Shown piece by piece: positions 29,401 to 39,600 of a DNA stretch of 64,000 bases. The notes under the pieces were generated by a model. It made no database searches, was not told the origin of the DNA, and saw only the letters and a list, made by a program, of their open reading frames with translations. Position numbers and translations under genes: made by a program. The DNA lies in IMG/VR virus record IMGVR_UViG_3300033049_000066, positions 186,001-250,000 of that record; one strand, given 5' to 3'. Position 1 is the first letter of the stretch. Each line of letters starts with the position of its first letter.

Positions 29401-32400
29401 TACCAGCAATCGTAAACTCACTCGCATCTAGTGCTACACCGTTATTTAACACGGTGCCAAGGGGAGTGCGCAAGGTAGTGTAAGCTAGTGTGCTTGCGTC
29501 TGTGATAACAAAGCGTTCTACGACCCGGTTAATTATGAATGCTTTTTCAATTGCTGGTGCCGCAATGACAATGTGACGTGCGTCTGTTGATACGTCAATT
29601 GCCGCACCAAAGTCATCACCACTTGTAAATGCTACACCGTTGTTCGCAGTGTTGTAGTCAATTGTTGATACAAAAACAAATGTACCAGATACATTCTGAT
29701 ATGTGTGAACTTCGTTGTTTAGTGGTTCGCCGACAAACAGCCATTCTTCATCCTTACTCATCGCAATACTGGCGCCGAAGCTATCTTCAACGTCTACAGT
29801 ATAGTTAGGACTAACTAAGGTTTGTGTTTGTGTAATAGTGTTTAATGTCGCGTCTCGATTAATAATTTCAACGGAACCAGGTGCCGGTACGGCGTTTGCT
29901 AAGACTAGGCTATCAGCAGTCGGCAATGTCGCATCTGCGGTGGCGCCTGCGGTGGTGCCGGTGGCTGCGATCGCACCCCAAGTCTCAATTAGTGTTACAG
30001 CTGATCCATATTGTAGAACTGGTAGCGAACTGCTTGGCAAAAGTGTTTGTACAAAGGTATAGACATCGTTCGCTTTACTATATAAATGCACGACACCAGA
30101 GTCGCTAGCTGGATCACCAACTAGCATACCGCTATCATTGTACCCCTGGGCAACGCTGTAGCCGAATCTTGTGCTAGTATCTTTTGGGTTAATTTCCGAG
30201 TCGGCTAGTGTAAATGGCGACGTTTTCTTGTACACCGCTGTCTTACTGTTATCATTGTTAACCCAGACTGTATCGGTTGCGGAAAGATTACTGTCAAAAA
30301 TTGTACCGACTATACTACTAGGTACTTCAACTCTTGCTGAGATAAATTCTAACAGTGTGCCGGTTTGATCCAGTACGCACGTTTGATTGTTTGCAAGTGC
30401 GCCTTTGATTACAACCTCAAGTACATCCGGTACGCTTAATACTTTATAGGTGCCTGTGGCCTGTGCATCGGTGTTAGATACATTAATAGTTGTGTCCAAT
30501 AGTAAGTTATGTGGGATATCTGTAACTAGTGTCAAGGTACCATCTAAGTTGTCTTCAATTGTAACAATTACCGCGTCGATTTTTGTTGCGTGGTACACAT
30601 TCCAGTCGACTTCCGTATCTTTTGCTACCCATATTATGGATCCGTCGACTACGGTGACAGTCGAATCTATCTCTGAGATTTCAAACACCGCTATGTCAAC
30701 ATCATCATCTTGGACGAAGCCTGCGGTTGGCAGTGCTGTGTCGTAGTTTGTTTCGTTAAGTGTTGTAAAGACCGATGTGCTAAGGTGCTTTACACTCTGC
30801 TTGTAAATGTCGTCTAAGTTAATTAGCATGTCACTTTTAGACGTGCTATTTGTTACGTCAACAATTTCGACAAGACTCGGGTTGCTAGTAAGTTGCTGGT
30901 CGTCTAATTGTAAATCAATATATGCCCGTGTGCTAGTAGCACCGTACTCGGCGCGTTTGATTGCCCAGTTTTCAAATATTGAATAGTCAACCGTTTCATT
31001 GTTTAACGTGACATCTTTAAATAAAGTTAAGCTCTTTGGGGTACCTTTTGTTTCGATTAAATTACTATAAATGTTTACTTGACTAATATCATCTAAGTCT
31101 AACGCAAGTAAATAATCACGAGATCGGAATCCGGTAAGCCCGTACGCCATTAAGTCGATGTCGGTTTCTAAATTTGCGGTCTTGTTGTTGTAGTATTCTA
31201 ACATCTGATCGGACTTAGTCGCTAAGTTAGGCAATAAACCTTTGTTAATGCTATCGTAATCTGTTTTAATCCATTGACTAAAATCAAATGTGTTTGAGGG
31301 TTGAACTTTTTCAGTTGCGCTCCAGTAAGCATTTTTGAAATTAACAATATCGCCTTTGTTATAAGAGCTAACAGGTGCCCATGCTTTAACGTTATCTTCG
31401 TTAATTAAGAATCCCTGCGCGTCAACCTGGCCGTTCCATTCAAATGTTGTAAATCCTGACAGATTTACACGCTGCTGTCGGATTCCGGTAACCGGGTCGT
31501 AAATTAAGTCGTTAAATATGCTAATGTTATCAAGTACTAATAAGTGTTCAAAGCTAGTTAAATTAAATTTTAAGTAACTAATAATGTTATTGTCGACCAT
31601 TCTAATTTTAAAGTTATTATCGATGCGGTCAACGACGTAGTCACTTATGTCAAGTGGTTCTCTATTTTGATTTTGCGGTTGCTCTGTTAATTCTAAATTA
31701 TTTAAATCGTCGACAATGTGCAGGGCACGTTCAAACTCAATTTCGGTTGCTGACGGGTTGAGGTTAATAATACTGTCAATTGCCCAGCCTTGATCCGACC
31801 AGTATATAAATTCTTGTACCATCTCACCCCAGTTAACGACTTGCGTTGCTTCAACGGTGTTAAATTGTAAACCAGCACGGGTTAAATATTCACCGTAGCT
31901 TATTAAGAATTCACTAACTCCTTGTTTACTAGAAAATACCTGACTGTAAGGCACTAGCTCAAACGCATCAGTGAATTCCAGTGGCACTGCCACCGTGGTT
32001 GCATTGCTGCCGGCGCCGACGCTTATAGCTTTATACTTACCGGTACTAACGGCCGTTTGTATTCGGAAGTACGGATCAGTCGTGCTGTTGCCAGTTACTG
32101 AATACCCACCGTCAACTCTCTGCACAATAACAGATGAATATATAATTTCATCTTGTGGCTGATTCTTATATAATAATAAAGTAAAGCTTTCATCCGGCAG
32201 AAGTAAACTGCTACTAGTACTATCCGGGCTACTCTTATCTGTAAAGATTTTTAAGTTATTTTTATCAGTGAACGATGCCATGTGGTGACATAAGTTCACG
32301 TCTAAATTTGACAGGCTAGTTGCTAATGCCGCTTCGCTGTTGTAGCCGTGATATCTGTTGTAGTCAAGGATCCAATTTATATAGCTGTGCTTCACCTGCG

Positions 32401-35400
32401 ATTCGCTGCTGAGCTCAATTGTTCTCGTGTCAAGGCGCAGACGCTCGTCGTACAAGTACTGCTGAACGGTCGGGCTGAATGCGTAGCGATCTCTGTCGGC
32501 CATTAAGGCAAAGAACTGTGCTGGCTTCGTAAGTGCGTATAGTCTCTGCACTGCGAATGGCCATGCGCTTGATTTTCTCCATGCAGATTCTGCTGGCGCG
32601 TTGTCACCAATTGTCCAAGAACGTTTGAAGTCATTTGAGGTAGAGGTGCTAACCACTGACGTTAGCGGCATCACTAAATTACCGGCTGAATCAACTGGCA
32701 AAATTGACGTTAGCCCTGGACGAACATATCTTGTATCGACACGCTCATTGCCGGGCTCTTTAATTAGACCGGCTTCCATGTCATCCCATAATACTAAGTT
32801 GCCACTAGTGTATGGCGCTGTGCCGTAACTAGTATTCCACCAATCTGGACGCTTTGTCAATCCGACCATTTCCCAAGGGCGAATATGTGGGGAATCTGTG
32901 TCGTAAAAGTAATTGTAGATTCCGCGCCAGTTTGCTTGCTGGAATTTTTCGCCTGTGATTTTGTTAGTGGCGGTGCTGTAGTTCCACGTTTTTTCATCGG
33001 TGGCATTATATTCTTGAGACTTATAATCAATTCTATTCCAGCCCAGCCACGATAATACGCTTGTAGCAGTTATCTGTGTTACTTCATCGATTGTGTATTC
33101 TGTCTGACGGAACACCCCTGGCACGATGTCAGCAGGTTCAATTGGCAGTGTCTCAGTTACCTTTAAATTGTTGTAGATTCGATTTTCAAATTCTAATAGT
33201 ACGTCGTCCCGGAGGTCGCCGTGGGCTACGGTGATGCTGCCGTCGTGTCCTTGGATAACATCAACTGGAGTAACATAAGTATCATCTGTGAATTTTAACG
33301 GTACAAATTTTGGATACATACCAAGTTTTGTTGGCGTGCTTGGCACTGCTGTGCCTAGTGTACTGCTGTATTCATTTACTGTGATAATGTCACCTGTTGG
33401 CGGTATTACCGCCAACGTAATACGAGGACCATCGGTTGCTACGGTGTAGTCTACGTCCTTGGTCAATAACACATTGTTGTGATATACCATCAACGCCTTT
33501 GTGTTTGCTGTAGTGAAATCGTATGTGTTCAGTGTCGTGACGGTCTGTGTACTAATTGCCGTTATTACATGTGCAGTTGATTCGTAATCTAGCCCTGATG
33601 GCAGCATATCCGACCAATAAAAAGCACTTGCGGTAGTCTTTCCGGTGTTTATTTCTTTAATTGCTGCGTCAAGAATTTGGGGTACAGTCATTGTACCTAG
33701 CTCGTTTTCCTCAACCCAATTAATTATTCGATTCTTAAATTTCTCGTACTGTTTAGCCGCAAACTCAATTGAGTTAAAGAAGTTATATTCTTTATTCCGC
33801 AAGAACATTGCGGTCAGTGCCAGCGGTGATGATTGCTGTACTATAAGTGTTCCGTACTTGCTTATTTCTCCAAGGTCTCGTAGATTGTTAGCGCCGTTTA
33901 CTGGACCGACTAAGTCAAATATGTTCTCGGATAATCTGTTATAGTGATTGCGTATAGTACCAAGTGTAAGCAAGGATGTATTCTCATTGAACATATTGCT
34001 TTCTAAATTTGCAGGTATTTCGTAGTAACCAGTTTCACTAATTTCATCGCTGATCACCCTAATGTTTAGTTCAGTTCCGATTTCCGTCTGGGTGCCAAAG
34101 GTAATAACATTGCTAGTAATCGTATAATTCTCTGGGGTTACAAATGCCCCAGTAGCTGAGATTTTTACGGATGGCACTGATAAACTTGCGGATGGAGTGA
34201 TATCTAATGTAATCGGATCTCCGGTGTAAACGGTGTCAAACACCTGAGCCTGATGCGTTGATTCAGCTGATGTTACCCAGCCTGTGTTATTTGTAAACTC
34301 TGTATACGAACTATATTTCCTCACGAATCCGATCGTAATAGATGTGTCCGGCACCAGCACTGTGTCTACAGTGTATTCAAATGTGTCAGTGTACAAATTG
34401 TTTTCAAATACTATGTCGCCAAGATTATCAATGTTCAAATATTGTAATGAGAACCCGAGTATTGTGTCAATTGCGCCGGTGCCCGGCGCATAACTAAATA
34501 TTTTGCTGCCTGCGAACGTTGTATCGTTGTAGATCAATTCATCCGATAATGAATATCCAGCAATGTCAAATATATCAAATAGTGGGGGTTGATTAACTCC
34601 AGTTTTTGCTTGTGACACAACCCACGTTTCGCCGTCAAACGCATACACCGTTCCTTGACGCTCCGTACCTTTAGCAATAATGATTATATCATTAACATCG
34701 CTTGTACCATCAACTATTGGCACTAAATTTATTCGCAGTGTGTTATCGTTGTTGATATCTATAAGTTCAACTTCGTATATTACGTTACGTACTGTTGGAT
34801 CGAGGTCGCCGGCAAAAATAACTCTGCTGCCATTACCTAATTTGTATCCATCTATAAACGCTTCAGGATCACCAGTTGAGGAAGTTGGACTTTCGTATAT
34901 CGCGCCGTTGACTGTTGACAATGCGTCTGTATTATCAAAATCAATAACATGAACGGTATGCTTGCCAATAATGCCGTAATTAAATAGTCTCAAATCTGCG
35001 TCAAATTCAATAATTGGACGCTTTGCTCGTTGAACATTGTCAAGTTCAAGTGTGACGGAGTTGTAATTTGCTGTTGCTACTAAGACGTCAAAGTGAAACC
35101 ATCGGTTGCTACGCGACCAGGCATTTTTGTCTCGGCTGCTGCGGTTGATGGTAAGGTAGTCTTGATCGGCGGGGGTGCTAGAAGTCGCAGCCCATTCCGA
35201 GGAATCCCACGGATTAATGTCCCATGGTTCAGGTTCGCCAACCGCATACGGCTCAGGTACAATCAAATCGCTAACTAGCACTAATTTTATTGCTGTACCT
35301 ACGCCTTCGACGTAGTATTCGTTATCTGCGAATTCCACAGGAAGTACATCTCCGGTAAACCGAACTTTTAGTCCGTTTGTAAAGACTACACCGTTCGGGC

Positions 35401-36637
35401 TCGTGTACGTTTTTCTACCAATGATGTTTGTTACGTTGATACTTGCTTCACTAGTTAAATCAATTATGTTTATAGTACCAAATAAATTCGGGTCTGACGC
35501 GTCTTGATAATACAATGTGTCAAGGGAGGCGGTTTCTGTCGGCACTCTCTCAAAGTGCTCGTCTGCGTCTTTGTAAAATACTACGTTTGCGTACTGTGTA
35601 CCGTACAAAATTGTAAATTGTTCACCTACGTTAATTAGCTGTAGTGGCACTAACCTTACGTAATCTGTACCTGCTACATCCTCGATATCGATTCTGTAGA
35701 CTTGGTATCTCTCTGCGTCGGTGACTACTGGGTTGCCGTCGTTCACCCACCCTAGGTTGTCGTCGCGCAAGAAAATTATTGTCTTGCTCTCTAGGTCTGT
35801 TTGTATCGGGAAAGTTGATTGGACGGTTGCTAGGGTCAGGTCGGCGATGGAATCCATGCGCTCGTCGGTCGCGATGTCCACGGTCCCAATGTCTGTGAAA
35901 TTATGAAAGGCAATCTGCGCATCGGCTGCTGGCACTACAAAATTTATTGTTCCGTCGTCGTCGCCGTTATTCGTCACGCCGAGAATTTCTCGAGAACTAA
36001 TGTTGCTTGCCCACGGTACTGTACCGTCGGTGCCTGGGTGTGTTTGAATCCAGAAATCTTGCCCCGCTTGCGACACGTTGAAATTATATGTTCCGCCACG
36101 TAAAAGTGTAAGTACAGGATTTGTTTGTGGCAGCCCTTCAATCGAAATTGAATCTGCGTTGGGCGTTACGTTGAAATCATCAGAGAGTAAAACATTGATG
36201 GCACTAACGTTGACGCTGTTGGGGCCTGCTGGTAACCAAAAATACTGACTGTAATTCACGATCTTATCAAATTCAATATAAGGTGACCAGCTATAAGCCT
36301 CTGAGCTAAATAATCGATCGTGATTGTCTACGTTTGCCCCAGCAGTTTTAAGTCCGTCTATTAGACCTATGTATGTAAGCGCGTCAGTGACATTGCCATT
36401 AACGTCGTTAAATATAACACCTGGTTCAAGTTGATAATTTGTACGGGTAACAGTTGGTTCATCTATGTACCCATCAGTTGGCGATTTACTCGGCGCATTA
36501 GTGCGACCGATATAACCTTGTGTTTGTTTTAGCTTTGGTTCTTGAATTAATTGATCAAGCGTTGAGTTTAAAAACTTTTTAGTTGTTGATGTTTGGAAAA
36601 TCTCTGGTAGGAAATCTACACTGCGAATTCTTGCCAT
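23420..36637 (-). CDS. giant (4405 aa) baseplate wedge / tail-associated structural protein
   Basis: Uninterrupted ORF directly after the gp6-like gene; internal propeller-like FG.S.A repeats; gp7-like position is inference. Confidence 0.8.
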   Translation of the reverse strand: MARIRSVDFLPEIFQTSTTKKFLNSTLDQLIQEPKLKQTQGYIGRTNAPSKSPTDGYIDEPTVTRTNYQLEPGVIFNDVNGNVTDALTYIGLIDGLKTAGANVDNHDRLFSSEAYSWSPYIEFDKIVNYSQYFWLPAGPNSVNVSAINVLLSDDFNVTPNADSISIEGLPQTNPVLTLLRGGTYNFNVSQAGQDFWIQTHPGTDGTVPWASNISSREILGVTNNGDDDGTINFVVPAADAQIAFHNFTDIGTVDIATDERMDSIADLTLATVQSTFPIQTDLESKTIIFLRDDNLGWVNDGNPVVTDAERYQVYRIDIEDVAGTDYVRLVPLQLINVGEQFTILYGTQYANVVFYKDADEHFERVPTETASLDTLYYQDASDPNLFGTINIIDLTSEASINVTNIIGRKTYTSPNGVVFTNGLKVRFTGDVLPVEFADNEYYVEGVGTAIKLVLVSDLIVPEPYAVGEPEPWDINPWDSSEWAATSSTPADQDYLTINRSSRDKNAWSRSNRWFHFDVLVATANYNSVTLELDNVQRAKRPIIEFDADLRLFNYGIIGKHTVHVIDFDNTDALSTVNGAIYESPTSSTGDPEAFIDGYKLGNGSRVIFAGDLDPTVRNVIYEVELIDINNDNTLRINLVPIVDGTSDVNDIIIIAKGTERQGTVYAFDGETWVVSQAKTGVNQPPLFDIFDIAGYSLSDELIYNDTTFAGSKIFSYAPGTGAIDTILGFSLQYLNIDNLGDIVFENNLYTDTFEYTVDTVLVPDTSITIGFVRKYSSYTEFTNNTGWVTSAESTHQAQVFDTVYTGDPITLDITPSASLSVPSVKISATGAFVTPENYTITSNVITFGTQTEIGTELNIRVISDEISETGYYEIPANLESNMFNENTSLLTLGTIRNHYNRLSENIFDLVGPVNGANNLRDLGEISKYGTLIVQQSSPLALTAMFLRNKEYNFFNSIEFAAKQYEKFKNRIINWVEENELGTMTVPQILDAAIKEINTGKTTASAFYWSDMLPSGLDYESTAHVITAISTQTVTTLNTYDFTTANTKALMVYHNNVLLTKDVDYTVATDGPRITLAVIPPTGDIITVNEYSSTLGTAVPSTPTKLGMYPKFVPLKFTDDTYVTPVDVIQGHDGSITVAHGDLRDDVLLEFENRIYNNLKVTETLPIEPADIVPGVFRQTEYTIDEVTQITATSVLSWLGWNRIDYKSQEYNATDEKTWNYSTATNKITGEKFQQANWRGIYNYFYDTDSPHIRPWEMVGLTKRPDWWNTSYGTAPYTSGNLVLWDDMEAGLIKEPGNERVDTRYVRPGLTSILPVDSAGNLVMPLTSVVSTSTSNDFKRSWTIGDNAPAESAWRKSSAWPFAVQRLYALTKPAQFFALMADRDRYAFSPTVQQYLYDERLRLDTRTIELSSESQVKHSYINWILDYNRYHGYNSEAALATSLSNLDVNLCHHMASFTDKNNLKIFTDKSSPDSTSSSLLLPDESFTLLLYKNQPQDEIIYSSVIVQRVDGGYSVTGNSTTDPYFRIQTAVSTGKYKAISVGAGSNATTVAVPLEFTDAFELVPYSQVFSSKQGVSEFLISYGEYLTRAGLQFNTVEATQVVNWGEMVQEFIYWSDQGWAIDSIINLNPSATEIEFERALHIVDDLNNLELTEQPQNQNREPLDISDYVVDRIDNNFKIRMVDNNIISYLKFNLTSFEHLLVLDNISIFNDLIYDPVTGIRQQRVNLSGFTTFEWNGQVDAQGFLINEDNVKAWAPVSSYNKGDIVNFKNAYWSATEKVQPSNTFDFSQWIKTDYDSINKGLLPNLATKSDQMLEYYNNKTANLETDIDLMAYGLTGFRSRDYLLALDLDDISQVNIYSNLIETKGTPKSLTLFKDVTLNNETVDYSIFENWAIKRAEYGATSTRAYIDLQLDDQQLTSNPSLVEIVDVTNSTSKSDMLINLDDIYKQSVKHLSTSVFTTLNETNYDTALPTAGFVQDDDVDIAVFEISEIDSTVTVVDGSIIWVAKDTEVDWNVYHATKIDAVIVTIEDNLDGTLTLVTDIPHNLLLDTTINVSNTDAQATGTYKVLSVPDVLEVVIKGALANNQTCVLDQTGTLLEFISARVEVPSSIVGTIFDSNLSATDTVWVNNDNSKTAVYKKTSPFTLADSEINPKDTSTRFGYSVAQGYNDSGMLVGDPASDSGVVHLYSKANDVYTFVQTLLPSSSLPVLQYGSAVTLIETWGAIAATGTTAGATADATLPTADSLVLANAVPAPGSVEIINRDATLNTITQTQTLVSPNYTVDVEDSFGASIAMSKDEEWLFVGEPLNNEVHTYQNVSGTFVFVSTIDYNTANNGVAFTSGDDFGAAIDVSTDARHIVIAAPAIEKAFIINRVVERFVITDASTLAYTTLRTPLGTVLNNGVALDASEFTIAGNVVTIVTGTAEAGDSLEVDIAEFKLIQDLAVPGMSATNSLAICKTKCSLYVGADGDLSGQGTVSRFENKSRTYGTLTSTVANPLIPANSTIRINNVDVALPFEGTSLLVADAINAAAIPNIDASEANGLLTIQLTNKIVRLNPNRLDILAGANISLVTLGFTPYAIAQTITSPVTTTVAQHFGNSLALDLSLDQLAVGTPDGIGDNISTSADTTSSTADNGLITTDASGNTGVVYTYDLMSGSDITSDMLLLGQEILDTDMYTGDAFGSAVSLIDGVLVVSAMNYDLNTATTSGVTADQTFTTADEDDVLASGGRPNIGRVVIFNNTANTLSWIASNTQNDQVDVTLINAVYMYNNDSLSVIRDLDYIDPLNGKILGAASQNIDFITPYDPTVYDNASAGLLWSADQVGKMWWDIKNVRFRDYTTGTAHQTSKVWGRTFTGSTVDIYQWTESTALPANYAGTGTILAEDKYVTVSTIDRSGLLQNVYYYWVRNVETISVNSEKTLSAAAVASYIEAPKSSGISFLAFVAPNLIGIYNCKDIINNTDTIIHIEYSKIKNENNVFVEYDLFRENHPNDFLSDGLYKKLQDSLVGIDTDGNIVPATGLTSAERYGVEFRPRQTMFIDRYAAIASYLKKVNGILASNTITESRAYPMLESEEAIPTASTGAWDLQVASTTELSFQDFTAVGTGFKYLVTTDDNNSGRWAIYEVTASLTFETLLQIDVQEYDTTQYWSTVNWYKEGFDPFSRIDFVVTEFTELATLGIIENNAVAKVTFNSVGSWELYQYIDGAWVRTALENGTIQLDERLWTTISTPVTELRNVIRSINEELLISDLATDRSRTMLSIFNYVLGEQPNVDWLIKTSLIDVTQKVRSLSQYAVYQKDNQDYLTQYLGEAKPYHTKIKDFSLSYDGFDLIAGTVTDFDCPSTFSTEFDQYISPILDDGAVLVSDPSNKPADDIVWQTPPWSEWYDNYKLTVKSVVVTNPGTGYTIAPEVVVTGASTSPAVMTALLGPGGIISEIVVVTPGSGYLTPPTISFTGSTGVDAAATAIMENALVRTFKVTAKYDRYEYVSKVAQYEENTVTSTRNLVFKYSGPKDIVQYDPTAVDPQLLELIIGAEYKIAAPGNTNFLAAGATSSNAGTTFTATASISNANPEPTGSVIELPKLFRVTTLYTDTDDNTVFDPTKFEEVAYITSEDGTRSYVTPTADTIILTADGSTEIVAGTAASDIFTADSIVLTADVDSISAISSIHSITADSAYGLDAIEIKYLKEGIASWYELDGVIVNENNNSESRNFVRYNNKVYNMITFEDTTTFLSTKYVEIELETLSGIDRTTGFYVSDVNRPGLDLSLLFNGISFPGVQVDGDTFSVTESELDTIYESQFLDTYLGTRPEDINVDGGAFVDEFHSHAPEELVPGAIYDTLDIKVFARPGSDYLTDGHAFALSSFSYTVNASTESFSFADAVPHPITVIVANITTGLTLYETLDFTVDWADQEIDIISGITAGDDIKIIVYEVGGGNQLYRNSLRGSDTTANAFTVDVRSTEINKALVFVNGVEDAGVTITAVDDQTSTLTLSAAPSPTDFITVTIFGISTGGFEESYPLVELWTGDLTVDPGTSVTGKSRHNAIVEVNGSRLRPPSAARTTADGVTTNFLYPLNGGYSGDAVADNEVDVYVNDTLLASGIDYVTGPLGVDRYVILGTAPAAGDTVEVYVRTSSEYWYSGTEILFTNTYTGSDQIAVTTFRDLRELDILTQVYQGPTIASVEELNAFDSASFDTEDFDFVIGANASVNVFTLDRDIIIAQDRLWVTLNGNRIHPGTGFSIINDNQLVIAGPTISVTDVVVVTSITENVITAGSTFRLFKDMRDTVGMYKMASTTSTYLTQDLSLSDDIIYVADASVLGTPDLTAAKFGIIIINGERITYREQDLLANTVSGLRRGTAGTGATAHLAGDIVGDVSLKGRVPWNYDQIWYASGAITASNGVPLQDQSTVPALFIKP

Positions 36638-39600
36638 TTACACTGCCCCGTTTTGTATGTTGCTTGCTGTCAGCGCATCAATTATTGATACGTCATCAAC
36701 TGTTGCTGCACTTGTAAAAATCTCATATGGTGCAGATCTAACTTCATATAAGCTACCGAACTGCTCAGTGGCAGTCTTCGGTACGATCACTATTGACGCA
36801 ATAATATCACCTAGCTCGGAATGTACAAACGCTGCTAGCTCGGAGAAATAAAATGTGTCTCCGAAGTCCCATATATCAATGTCAAAATATTTATTAATGG
36901 ATGAGATCACCTTGCTTTTTATTTCGCTGTCGCTTGTAACCACGTTGTTCAGCTTCACTACTTTGATGAAAGATTGTAAGTTTGTGTTGGCCTTTGCTCC
37001 GAAGAGTGGCTTAAATCTAACGCTGTTTAACACGATGTTATCACTTGTCATCTTGCTTTCGTTTAAAGATTGATATAGCACTGTTAGCTCGTCTGTCGTT
37101 GGCACTGCTGGTTCTGCTACAGTATTCGTAACGTCTTGAATGTACTGTAAGAACGCTTCATGATAACTTGATGTTACAACATACAAATCAATGATATTTG
37201 TTATGCTAGGATTGATGCGCCTGGTCTCTGGGCTATTGTGTCTGTACTGGAAATTTAGTTGGTCGCGGCCAATTTCTACGCTGAAGTCTGTGCGCTCGGC
37301 TATATTCGTTACGTTGTTAATAAAAGTTAATTCAAAGAATTTATTATCTGTCGTCGCATAAAATAATTGCCCGGTTGGGTATTCAGTCTTAACTAAATCA
37401 ATAGCTGCTTCAGTTGCGTACTCGTCATTGATATTAGTTGACAAAAAAGGCAGCTGGCGTTCTAAGCCATCAAAGTCGGTTGTTGTCTGGAAGTAAACAT
37501 GTTTGCCAGTATACGCTCCCGCTTCGTTTACTAATGTTCTAAAAAAGTCTGGATCATCGGCTATGCCATCGTTATCGCCGTCAGTAAAGCTAACTTCTAC
37601 AACGTAATCATTGACGTACCCGTCGGACTGTACACTTTGATCGATAATATCCATAACAACGTCAGTTGATAATGGTTCACTAGAGTCCGGTTTACTATTC
37701 GTCTTTAAAACGTTAATGAAATCGTTAACAATAAGGCCGGTACGTGGGTCAAAGATTCGTCTCGAGTTGTCAAAGAAGAAGCGTGTTTCAAGTATGCTTG
37801 AAAAATAGTAATGTAGCGATTTTGACGATACTGTATAAATTTGTGATGATGCTTCAAATTTAAGAAGCCATGTATCTAGTCCCAAGTCAGCTTCGTCTAT
37901 AATTGACCATATGCCAGTGAACTGATCAAAGCCGACGCCAAAGTCACGATATAATTCTACTAGGGCTAGCATCTCTTGAGTAATTTCTGCTGGTAGGTCG
38001 GAACTAAACACCGGGATAATCTCCGATGCGATTGATTCTGACGGTACAAAATTGTTCAGTTTGACTGGGCCAACTGTTCCAGGACTAGCTGCGGTTATAG
38101 AGCCATTTGCCGTACCTTCTAACTCTACGTCGGTTATTGTAGCCCATATTATTAATTTGTCGCCAACTGCTGTTAGTTCTGCACCAAGTACTAATCTATT
38201 TGATGCGCTAAAATGCCAGCCAACCGGCGGTACAAACTTAATAAGAGCTTGTGGTGCGAAATATTGCCTGTCATCAGTTGTGTAATCCGGGCCAATGGGT
38301 CTTGCGTTACCTGATCCGTCTTTAAAATAGCCCGATGTGCTGTTTGTTGCGGTGGTAAGTTGAGTCCATTGTAGTTCGCCAGATGACGTTGAAACTGACA
38401 CTCTTGTAAAATTCTCGTAGTAGTACTGGGTCATACTCCGTGCAGCAAGGACCGGCTCTACTTGATTTCTAAATACCGAATTAATATCATTTGTGTCATT
38501 AAACGTAAAGTTAAATGTTTCCACTGTAGCATCGCTATGGACTAGGCCATCACTAGCAAATGCGTTGATGCTCGAGTACTTGCCGGTCGGGTCAACTAAA
38601 TCTAAGTAGCGGCTGGCGCCTATGTTGGTTCTGTTGATGGCCTTGCTTTTTGTAATGCTGCTGAACGCCGTGTACGGAAAATTATTATAATCTTCGCCGT
38701 TGACCATTCTGTTCTGCGTGTAGAAACGTGCCGGCGCTCTGCGTTTTATATCTGCGATGCGCTCTGGGCCCTTGGCGTTTGATACTGGTTGTGTGAGACC
38801 TATCGTCAGCGTCAATGTTTCAGCTCTGCCGGTTTTGCTCGTGTACCCGATGGTCACGTCTACATTCTGTATTTCTTCTGGGTTGATGACATATTCTTGA
38901 CCGTTGCTTTCACGGATGAAAGCGCGGAAGGTACCTACTGGTATTTCACTAAATACGCCATCACCGAAGTTGAACGAAATGCGGTCATCGGCCCGACTTG
39001 TTTCACTATAAAATTTTCTTTGATCTGCTGCTATCTGTGTATTGTTCGCGGCGTAAATATTGCCTACGCCTGTCCATACGTCGTTAAATGCGCCAGATTC
39101 TGTGTCGGCACGGAACAACCACACATCATCGTTATTTACTCCTGCTCTATCAATATCAATTGTCCGGTTCGCAATTCTCTCAGTTAGCGTAAAATCCTGA
39201 GTTTGTAATATCCCCTGCTTGAAGTAAAAGAAGTATCCGGTATTTACACTAGCAAATCCTTGATTGTCATTTCTGTATAGCAAGTTGAACTGGCCATCTG
39301 CACTTGGTGCTGGTTCATAGATTGTGTTTGTTCCAAGCGATGTACCATTGACTATTTCAAAGTCCATAGAGCTCCCGTCTACGGTCGCGGTAAATGGGAC
39401 TACTGGTAAGAAGCCTGAGGCCATGTTAATTTCGTATTCGTCAGTTTGTATCCCGACAATCGTATTTGTGTTTCCTGGTTGGCCGATTTTTTGGCTGTCG
39501 ATTAAGGCCGCATTTAGTATAGATGTAAGCTGCTCCTGCCAATCGTCGTTTGTTCTGTCATTCCATCGTACTGTAATATTGCTAAGGTTATTTCTATTGT

